Source of the DNA: Acutalibacteraceae bacterium
GTDB lineage: Bacteria; Bacillota; Clostridia; Oscillospirales; Acutalibacteraceae
DNA length: 24,558 nt
Direction: 5' to 3'
Assembly (NCBI GenBank): GCA_045649445.1
Contig: JAZRPX010000190.1
Span: forward strand, 1-24,558
Part shown: positions 1-6,555 of the stretch, piece by piece
How the letters are laid out: the number at the start of each line of letters is the position of its first letter
Numbering within the stretch: the first letter of the stretch is position 1
Translations under genes and position numbers: made by a program
Notes under the pieces: model-generated
The model's database searches: none
The model's input: only the letters and a program-made list of their open reading frames with translations
Told to the model about the DNA's origin: nothing

Positions 1-1
1 T

Positions 2-1324
2 AGCGCAATTCATATGATTAGAGATAACTCTAAATGTATTCTTTGCCGTCGTTGTGTTGCTGCTTGTAATGAGCAAGAAGTTGGCGTTATCGGCGCTAAT
101 GACCGTGGTTTTGATACACATATCGGTTGTGTTTATGATAAAGAATTAGACGCAGTTGATTGTATTTCTTGTGGTCAATGTATCGTAAACTGCCCAACAG
201 GCGCTTTAACTGAAAGAGATGATACTCAAAAAGTATTTGATGCTATCGCTGATGAAACCAAAACAGTTATCGTTCAAACTGCTCCTGCAGTTCGTGCTGC
301 TTTAGGTGAAGAGTTCGGTATGGAAATCGGTACTGATGTTGAAGGCAAAATGGTTGCAGCATTAAAACGTCTTGGCTTTGATAAAGTATTTGATACAAAC
401 ACAGCTGCTGACTTTACAATTATGGAAGAAGGAACAGAGCTTATCAACCGTGTAACAAACGGTGGCGTTCTTCCTATGATTACATCTTGTTCACCAGGTT
501 GGATTAAATATTGTGAATATCATTATCCAGAATTTATTCCAAACCTTTCAACTTGTAAATCACCACAAAATATGTTTGGTGCTCTTATCAAATCTTGGTA
601 TGCTGAAAAATTTGATATCAATCCTGATGATATCGTAGTTGTATCAGTAATGCCTTGTACAGCTAAAAAGTTTGAAGTTCAAAGAGATGAACTTCGCGCT
701 GATGTTGATATTTCTATCACAACTCGTGAACTTGCAAGAATGATTAAACGCGCTGGTATCCAGTTCACAAAACTTCCTGATGAAGAATTTGATAGCCCAC
801 TCGGTGAAGCAACTGGTGCTGCTGTTATCTTCGGTGCAACAGGTGGTGTTATGGAAGCAGCATTAAGAACTGCTTATGAAGTTATCACAAATTCAACTTT
901 AGAAGATGTTGACTTTACTGCTGTTCGTGGTACAGAACCAGTTAAAGTAACAGAAATCAAAGTTGGTGATTTAAACATCAAAGTTGGTGTTGCTTCAGGT
1001 GCTAAAGCTGCTAAAGAATTGCTCGAAAGAGTAAAGGCAGGCGAAGAGTTTACATTTATCGAAATTATGGGTTGCCCAGGTGGTTGTGTAAACGGTGGTG
1101 GCCAACCAATTCAGGCAACATCAGTTCGTCAAACTGTTGACCTTAAAGCAGAAAGAGCAAAAGCTCTTTACACAAATGACGCTAACAAGAAAATCAGAAA
1201 ATCTCACGAAAATCCATTCGTTAAAGAAGTTTATGCTGATTACCTTGGCGAACCAAATTCACATAAAGCGCATGAAATTCTTCATACAACTTATGTTGAC
1301 CGTTCAAAAGACGTTATTATGTAA
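2..1324 (+). CDS. hydA: [FeFe]-hydrogenase catalytic subunit, group A (5'-truncated by window edge)
   Basis: Two ferredoxin motifs (CILCRRCVAAC, CISCGQCIVNCP) and H-cluster motifs TSCSPGW, MPCTAKKFE, EIMGCPGGCVNGGGQP. The frame is open from position 2 (agc gca att cat atg), so ATG 14 is probably internal. Confidence 0.93.
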   Translation, partial: SAIHMIRDNSKCILCRRCVAACNEQEVGVIGANDRGFDTHIGCVYDKELDAVDCISCGQCIVNCPTGALTERDDTQKVFDAIADETKTVIVQTAPAVRAALGEEFGMEIGTDVEGKMVAALKRLGFDKVFDTNTAADFTIMEEGTELINRVTNGGVLPMITSCSPGWIKYCEYHYPEFIPNLSTCKSPQNMFGALIKSWYAEKFDINPDDIVVVSVMPCTAKKFEVQRDELRADVDISITTRELARMIKRAGIQFTKLPDEEFDSPLGEATGAAVIFGATGGVMEAALRTAYEVITNSTLEDVDFTAVRGTEPVKVTEIKVGDLNIKVGVASGAKAAKELLERVKAGEEFTFIEIMGCPGGCVNGGGQPIQATSVRQTVDLKAERAKALYTNDANKKIRKSHENPFVKEVYADYLGEPNSHKAHEILHTTYVDRSKDVIM

Positions 1325-1334
1325 GTAAACATTT

Positions 1335-1365
1335 AAAAAACGCACTCGAAAGAGTGCGTTTTTTT
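1335..1365 (+). terminator. Intrinsic terminator after hydrogenase
   Basis: AAAAAA-CGCACTC-GAAA-GAGTGCG-TTTTTTT, 10 nt after the stop codon. Confidence 0.9.
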
Positions 1366-1377
1366 GTTATTTTTAAA

Positions 1378-1406
1378 TTGATTTTGCTTTTGTGATATGT
1401 TATACT
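1378..1406 (+). promoter_or_regulatory. sigmaA-type promoter of the NSS transporter
   Basis: TTGATT(1378-1383), 17 nt, TATACT(1401-1406) with extended -10 TG; RBS AAGGAG at 1421-1426. Confidence 0.7.
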
Positions 1407-1432
1407 TAATAAAAAACATAAAGGAGAAATTT

Positions 1433-2803
1433 ATGGAAAGAGAAAAATTTGGCTCGAGATTAGGTTTTATCTTAATTTCTGCCGGTTGTGCTATTGGCCT
1501 TGGTAATGTATGGCGTTTTCCTTATATCGTTGGTCAATATGGTGGCGCAATTTTTATTTTAATTTATTTTTTGTTTCTTGCTATTTTCGGTTTGCCGATT
1601 ATGACAGCAGAGTTTGCAGTTGGTAGAGCAAGTCAAAAAAGTATTACAAAATCGTTTGATGTTTTGCAACCAAAGGGTGCTAAATGGGGCGCTTTTGGTT
1701 GGGTTGGAATGATAGGCAACTATCTTTTAATGATGTTTTATACAACTGTTACGGGTTGGATGTTTGCTTATCTTTTCAAAATGCTTCGTGGTGATTTTAC
1801 TGCTGAAATGACAACGGAACAGGTAACAAGTCAGTTTGATGCGCTTACTGCAAATCCGTTAATTGTTGTTGGTTGTATGCTTTTAACCGTTGTTCTTGGC
1901 TTTTTAATTTGTTCATTAGGGCTTCAAAAGGGCGTTGAAAAAATAACAAAAGTTATGATGATTGCACTTTTAGCTATTATTTCAATACTTGCAATTAGAG
2001 CAGTAACATTGCCAGGCGCTAGCGAAGGATTAAAATACTATTTAATTCCTGATGTAAGCAAAATCAAAGAAGTTGGTCTTGGTGAGGTTGTGTTTGCGGC
2101 GCTCGGTCAAGCATTTTTCACTTTGTCAATCGGTATGGGTTCAATGGCTATTTTTGGTAGTTATATCAAGAAAGATAGAACTCTTTTTGGCGAATCAGTT
2201 TCAATTGCTGTGCTTGATACATTCGTTGCGTTTGTTGCAGGTCTTATCATTATTCCATCTTGCTTTGCTTATGGCATTGAGCCAGGCGCAGGTCCTGGTC
2301 TTATTTTCCAAACCTTGCCTAATGTATTCCGTGCAATGCCAGGCGGTAGAATTTGGGGCGCTTTGTTCTTCTTGTTTATGCTTTTTGCCGCTGTTTCAAC
2401 AGTTGTTGCAGTTTTTGAAAATATTCTTTCAATGGCAATGGATAAATGGGATATTTCTAGAAAAAAAGCATGTATTATTTGTGGCGTGTTAGTAGCAGTT
2501 CTTTCTGTGCCTTGCGCTTTGGGCTTTAATTTGTGGTCTAGCTTCCAACCATTAGGCGCTGGTTCAAATATTCTTGATTTAGAAGATTTCATTGTTAGTA
2601 ACAACATTTTACCTTTAGGTTCGCTCGTTTTTGTTATATTCTGTTGCTCTAAAAAAGCATGGGGTTGGGATAACTTTATGAAAGAGGCAAACGCTGGTAA
2701 AGGTTTAAAATTCCCTAAATTCTTAAGAGTTTATATGACATATATCTTACCAATAGTTTTACTTATTCTCTGGGTTCAAGGTTATATTTCAAAATTTTTC
2801 TAA
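1433..2803 (+). CDS. Sodium-dependent transporter, neurotransmitter:sodium symporter (NSS/SLC6-like) family
   Basis: N-terminal REKFGSRLGFILISAGCAIGLGNVWRFPY signature, QAFFTLSIGMG, about 12 hydrophobic segments. Start moved to ATG 1433 on RBS grounds. Confidence 0.92.
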   Translation: MEREKFGSRLGFILISAGCAIGLGNVWRFPYIVGQYGGAIFILIYFLFLAIFGLPIMTAEFAVGRASQKSITKSFDVLQPKGAKWGAFGWVGMIGNYLLMMFYTTVTGWMFAYLFKMLRGDFTAEMTTEQVTSQFDALTANPLIVVGCMLLTVVLGFLICSLGLQKGVEKITKVMMIALLAIISILAIRAVTLPGASEGLKYYLIPDVSKIKEVGLGEVVFAALGQAFFTLSIGMGSMAIFGSYIKKDRTLFGESVSIAVLDTFVAFVAGLIIIPSCFAYGIEPGAGPGLIFQTLPNVFRAMPGGRIWGALFFLFMLFAAVSTVVAVFENILSMAMDKWDISRKKACIICGVLVAVLSVPCALGFNLWSSFQPLGAGSNILDLEDFIVSNNILPLGSLVFVIFCCSKKAWGWDNFMKEANAGKGLKFPKFLRVYMTYILPIVLLILWVQGYISKFF

Positions 2804-2806
2804 AAC

Positions 2807-2836
2807 AAAAGTTCCACTCAAACGAGTGGAACTTTT
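2807..2836. terminator. Bidirectional intrinsic terminator between convergent transporter and degV
   Basis: AAAAGTTCCACTC-AAAC-GAGTGGAACTTTT(TT), perfect 13-bp arms. Confidence 0.88.
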
Positions 2837-3718
2837 TTATATCTTTATTATTGGTCTTACCTTTCCAAAATACCAAGCGCTAACAAGTCCAGGTCCTGCG
2901 TGAGAGCCGATTGTTGTACCAAATTTTAAATATTCAACATTTTTAAATCCAAACTCATTAGCAATCGCTTCACCGTATTCTTTTGCTTTTTCAATAGCAT
3001 CAGAATGAGCAATATAGAGCGTTTGTTTTTCAGGTTTTAAAACAGTGTCGTTAACACATTCTATAAATTTTTTTAAAGTTGCAGCATTACCTCTTGTTTT
3101 ATGTGATACGAAAAGTTTGCCTGATTTAGGCAAAGAAATAATAGGGCAGATATTAAGAACAGAACTAATAACCGCGCCTGCCGCAGAAACTCTGCCCCCA
3201 CGACGCATATAGGTTAAATCGTTTGTTGTTATAAAAACATTTATATTATATTTAATAGCATTTAAATGTGAAATTGCTTGTTCAATTGTTTTTTCTTCAT
3301 CTCTGTATTTAATTGCTTCGAAAAGCATCATTGCCATACCTGCCGAGCCGATTTCAGAATCAACAACTGCAATGTAGGCGTCGGGATTTCGCTCCATAAC
3401 TTCTTTTGCAGCATTCACAGCGCTTAAATATGTGCCTGAAAGATGGCTTGAAACAGATAAATGCAAAACAGGCAATCCTTTTTTTATTTCTTCTTCAAAA
3501 AATGTGATAAATTCATTAGGTGGAACTTGCGATGTTTTTGGAACAGCGCCTTTTCTCATTTTCTCATAAAATTCATCGATGTGCTCTTCGTTCATATCAT
3601 CATAAAAAATCTCGTTTTCAATTGTATATGAAAGATAAGCGCAGTTTATATTAAGTTCGCTTGCTTGTTTGTCAGTTAAATCGCAACTTGAATCGCTTGT
3701 TATAATAAATTTGTTCAT
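2837..3718 (-). CDS. DegV family fatty-acid-binding protein
   Basis: IITSDSSCDL, PKTSQ, HLSVSSHLSGTY, VVDSEIGSAG, GGRVS, IGSHAGPG motifs. Start at ATG 3718 with RBS AAGGAG (3725-3730) overlapping the upstream stop. Confidence 0.92.
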   Translation of the reverse strand: MNKFIITSDSSCDLTDKQASELNINCAYLSYTIENEIFYDDMNEEHIDEFYEKMRKGAVPKTSQVPPNEFITFFEEEIKKGLPVLHLSVSSHLSGTYLSAVNAAKEVMERNPDAYIAVVDSEIGSAGMAMMLFEAIKYRDEEKTIEQAISHLNAIKYNINVFITTNDLTYMRRGGRVSAAGAVISSVLNICPIISLPKSGKLFVSHKTRGNAATLKKFIECVNDTVLKPEKQTLYIAHSDAIEKAKEYGEAIANEFGFKNVEYLKFGTTIGSHAGPGLVSAWYFGKVRPIIKI

Positions 3719-3729
3719 AAAAATCTCCT

Positions 3730-4380
3730 TTAAATGCAGTAAAACAATACAAAAAAGTAGTGCAAAACACTGCCCATAAGAACGAATAAATGCCAAATAA
3801 AATGCATATATTTTTTCTTTGACTTATAAAAAACAACACCAACAGTGTAAGAAATTCCACCTATCAAAAGCAACAAAAATGCGCCTATGCCTTTAGAAAA
3901 AATAACTTTGAACACCGGAATAGCGGTCAATAAGACAGACCAACCCATAATTATATAAAGAATAAGCGAAATTTTTGTTGCTTTTTCAAGATTTATTGAG
4001 TTAAAAACAATTCCAAGCACGGTGCAACCCATGTTTATGCCAAATAATGTCCAACCTATCCAGTTGCGCATCAACGATAAAGATACAGGAATATAAGTGC
4101 CTAGAATAAGCAAAAATATCGAACAATGGTCAAAAATTCTAAAAACTTTTTTAGCTGTTTTATTAGTGAGCGAGTGATAAAGGGTAGAGTTTGTATATAA
4201 AATAATCAGCGTTGCCCCATAAAGCGCAGAACTTACAACTGCTAAAGCGTCAGAGAAACAAGCCGCATAAATTATTAAAACTGCAGTTGCCGCAATGCTT
4301 AAGAGTGAGCCAACACCATGTGAAATAGCGTTTGCAATTTCCTCGCCGATTGTTTGAATTCGTTTTTGCTTTGTTGCCAT
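3730..4380 (-). CDS. Hemolysin III / PAQR family membrane protein (TrhA-like)
   Basis: EEIANAISHG, STLYHS, RIFDHCSIFLLILGTY, HFIWHLFV..GS..H conserved His motifs; about 7 TM segments. Confidence 0.92.
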   Translation of the reverse strand: MATKQKRIQTIGEEIANAISHGVGSLLSIAATAVLIIYAACFSDALAVVSSALYGATLIILYTNSTLYHSLTNKTAKKVFRIFDHCSIFLLILGTYIPVSLSLMRNWIGWTLFGINMGCTVLGIVFNSINLEKATKISLILYIIMGWSVLLTAIPVFKVIFSKGIGAFLLLLIGGISYTVGVVFYKSKKKYMHFIWHLFVLMGSVLHYFFVLFYCI

Positions 4381-4405
4381 AAAAGTTCCTTCTTATCATT
4401 TCATT

Positions 4406-4448
4406 TAGTAACCGATACTAGATTAACACATTTTCAAAACTTTTTCAA
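4406..4448 (-). promoter_or_regulatory. Leftward promoter for hemolysin III-degV with overlapping palindrome
   Basis: TTGAAA(4448-4443), 17 nt, TAATCT(4425-4420); TAGTA-N5-TACTA palindrome at 4406-4420 over the predicted start site. Confidence 0.5.
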
Positions 4449-4548
4449 GCGTTTTTTTAAACTTTTCATAAAAAGTTCAAAATTACATCTTTTCTTTTTC
4501 TAATTTATGTGGTATTATTATAGTGTAATAAAATGTAGGGAGAATATT

Positions 4549-5106
4549 ATGCAAATAGATAAAAATCAATTAATTGATGAATTAAATAGCACAAAAGAAA
4601 TTTTTGAAAAAGCAAATTTACCATTGTGGAATGAACTGCCTAAAATTGAACTTTATATGGACCAGGTTGTTGTGCTTTTAAATGATTATCTAGGGTATAT
4701 TTCAAAACTTGATAAAGATGAAAAAGGCGTAACATCATCTATGATTAATAACTATGTTAAAATGAAAGTTATTCCTGCGCCACAGAAAAAAAGATATTCA
4801 AGAATTCATCTTTCTCGCCTAATTATGATTTGCGCTTTGAAAAAGAGTTTAAATCTTTCAACCGTAAGCAAACTTTTGCCACAAACAGATTGTGAAGAAG
4901 AAAACCAGAGGGTTTATGATTCTTTTGTTATTTCACGAAAAAAGGCAATACAAAACAATATGAGTATCATTGAAAATGAGTTTTATTCAATGATAGATAA
5001 AGGTGATATGTCTGAAATTGGCGATATGATGACAAAACTTGCAGTTTCAACAGACCTTAGAAAACTTATTACTGAAAAATTTACCGATGTAGTTTTTGAT
5101 GAATAA
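4549..5106 (+). CDS. DUF1836 domain protein (putative transcriptional regulator)
   Basis: LPLWNELPKIELYMDQVV...TSSMINNYVKMKVIPAPQKKRYSRIHLSRLIMICALK matches my recollection of DUF1836; divergent from hemolysin III/degV. Start ATG 4549 with GGGAG RBS. Confidence 0.82.
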   Translation: MQIDKNQLIDELNSTKEIFEKANLPLWNELPKIELYMDQVVVLLNDYLGYISKLDKDEKGVTSSMINNYVKMKVIPAPQKKRYSRIHLSRLIMICALKKSLNLSTVSKLLPQTDCEEENQRVYDSFVISRKKAIQNNMSIIENEFYSMIDKGDMSEIGDMMTKLAVSTDLRKLITEKFTDVVFDE

Positions 5107-5135
5107 AAAGAGTTCCTTTTTGGAACTCTTTTTTT
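5105..5135 (+). terminator. Intrinsic terminator (GAGTTC/GAACTC family)
   Basis: AAAAAGAGTTCC-TTTTT-GGAACTCTTTTTTT overlapping the stop codon. Confidence 0.88.
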
Positions 5136-5147
5136 GTTCACAAACAC

Positions 5148-5176
5148 TTGCAAAAACAAGAAAATTCTGTTACAAT
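5148..5176 (+). promoter_or_regulatory. sigmaA-type promoter of corC-like gene
   Basis: TTGCAA(5148-5153), 17 nt, TACAAT(5171-5176) with extended TG. Confidence 0.72.
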
Positions 5177-5211
5177 ACATTCATAATAAAGGAGAGTGAT
5201 TTTTTCCAATT

Positions 5212-6465
5212 ATGGAAACGTCAAGTATTATTCAAATAGTTTTAATGTTTGTGTGCATTGCTTTTTCGGCTTACTTTTCAGCAACAGAAACTGCTTTTAC
5301 CTCTCTAAATAGAGTTGCTATAAAAACTCTTGCTAATGATGGTAATAAACGCGCAGAGCGTGTTTTAGCACTTGTTGAAAAATATGATAGTTTGCTTTCA
5401 ACAATTTTAGTTGGTAATAATATTGTTAACATCGCATTATCATCTATTGCAACTGTATTTTTCATTGAAAATATTAGCAAAAATTTGGGCGCAACTCTTG
5501 CAACTATCGTTGTAACCGTTGTTGTTTTAATCTTTGGCGAGATAACACCGAAAAATATTGCAAAAGAAAATGCAGAGAGTTTTGCTTTATCGGTTAGTGG
5601 TTCGATTTCGTTTTTTATGATAATTTTCACTCCGCTAAACTGTTTTTTCTCGCTTTTTAAAACAGTTGCAATAAAACTTTTTAAATCAAAAGGCGTTAAT
5701 TCTGCAACTGAAAATGAGATTTTAACGCTTGTTGATGAGGCAGAAGAACAAGGCGAGTTTGATAGTGAAGAGAGTGAACTTATTAGAAGCGCAATCGAGT
5801 TTAACGATGTTGAAGCCGTTGATATTTTTACACCAAGGGTTGATGTTGTTGCCGTTGAATATGGCGCATCAAATTCTGAAATTGCCAAAATATTTGCAAA
5901 AAGCGGTTTTACAAGATTGCCAATTTATAAAGATAGCATTGATAATGTTATTGGTACAATAAATCAAAAAGAGTTTTATAATAAAGTTTATAACCGTTCA
6001 ACACCGGTTGATGAAATTATTAGTGAGCCGTTTTTTATAACTCCTTCAATGAAAATATCTGATTTGCTTAAAGAATTGCAAAGTAGAAAACGCCATATCG
6101 CAATTATTACGGATGAATATGGTGGAACTAAAGGCATTGTAACAATGGAAGATATTTTAGAAGAATTAGTAGGCGAAATTTGGGATGAGCATGATGAGGT
6201 GCTTGATGAAATCACAAAGTTGAATGATGATTTTTATTGCGTTGCTTGTTCAATGGATTTTGAAGAATTTTGCGAACGTTTTGAAATTGCAATCGAAACA
6301 GAGATGAATTCGGTTGGTGGATTTGTTATGGAACAGCTTTCAAAAGTTCCTGAAGTTGGTGATAAATTTTCTTTTGAAAATCTTGATTTTGAAGTAATTG
6401 AAACAGATGAGCGTCGCGCAGTTAAAGTTAATGTTTTAGTTAGAAAAAAACAAGAAGATGAATAA
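5212..6465 (+). CDS. HlyC/CorC family protein (DUF21/CNNM + 2 CBS + CorC_HlyC), probable Mg2+/Co2+ homeostasis
   Basis: [70 protein letters not shown]. Confidence 0.93.
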   Translation: METSSIIQIVLMFVCIAFSAYFSATETAFTSLNRVAIKTLANDGNKRAERVLALVEKYDSLLSTILVGNNIVNIALSSIATVFFIENISKNLGATLATIVVTVVVLIFGEITPKNIAKENAESFALSVSGSISFFMIIFTPLNCFFSLFKTVAIKLFKSKGVNSATENEILTLVDEAEEQGEFDSEESELIRSAIEFNDVEAVDIFTPRVDVVAVEYGASNSEIAKIFAKSGFTRLPIYKDSIDNVIGTINQKEFYNKVYNRSTPVDEIISEPFFITPSMKISDLLKELQSRKRHIAIITDEYGGTKGIVTMEDILEELVGEIWDEHDEVLDEITKLNDDFYCVACSMDFEEFCERFEIAIETEMNSVGGFVMEQLSKVPEVGDKFSFENLDFEVIETDERRAVKVNVLVRKKQEDE

Positions 6466-6467
6466 TA

Positions 6468-6518
6468 GGCCGTCCCTGTTAAGGGAAGGTGGCATTGCAT
6501 AGCAATGACGGAAGGGTT
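6468..6518 (+). repeat. Single copy of a dispersed REP-like double-hairpin element
   Basis: GC-rich island in AT-rich DNA: TCCCT-GTTA-AGGGA followed by GTGG-CATTGC-ATA-GCAATG-ACGGAAGGG. Resembles the clostridial intergenic repeat AAGGGAGGTG...TGACGGAGGG (from recollection, not searched). Confidence 0.5.
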
Positions 6519-6519
6519 G

Positions 6520-6551
6520 AAAAAAGAGAGTTCTTTTGAACTCTCTTTTTT
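6520..6551. terminator. Bidirectional terminator (GAGTTC/GAACTC family)
   Basis: AAAAAAGAGAGTTC-TTTT-GAACTCTCTTTTTT between convergent corC-like and LRR genes. Confidence 0.9.
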
Positions 6552-6555
6552 GTGT

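Noticed and set aside
1397-1432. Extended N-termini from the ORF track (1397, 3796, 4507, 10188, 15282, 17193, 18572 on +, 18629)
   Set aside because: They run through promoters or neighbouring genes; downstream ATGs have properly spaced RBSs and match family N-termini.
4460-4477. AACTTTT-CATA-AAAAGTT inverted repeat in the DUF1836 intergenic region
   Set aside because: Almost entirely A/T in very AT-rich DNA; likely by chance.
5271-5888. 205-aa minus-strand ORF, and similar antisense or off-frame ORFs (1095-1328, 2073-2492, 2269-2607, 11767-12300, 12204-12599, 14000-14422, 18080-18460, 22100-22585 and others)
   Set aside because: They lie within well-supported genes on another frame or strand, show no family motifs and no convincing RBS; consistent with codon-bias shadows.
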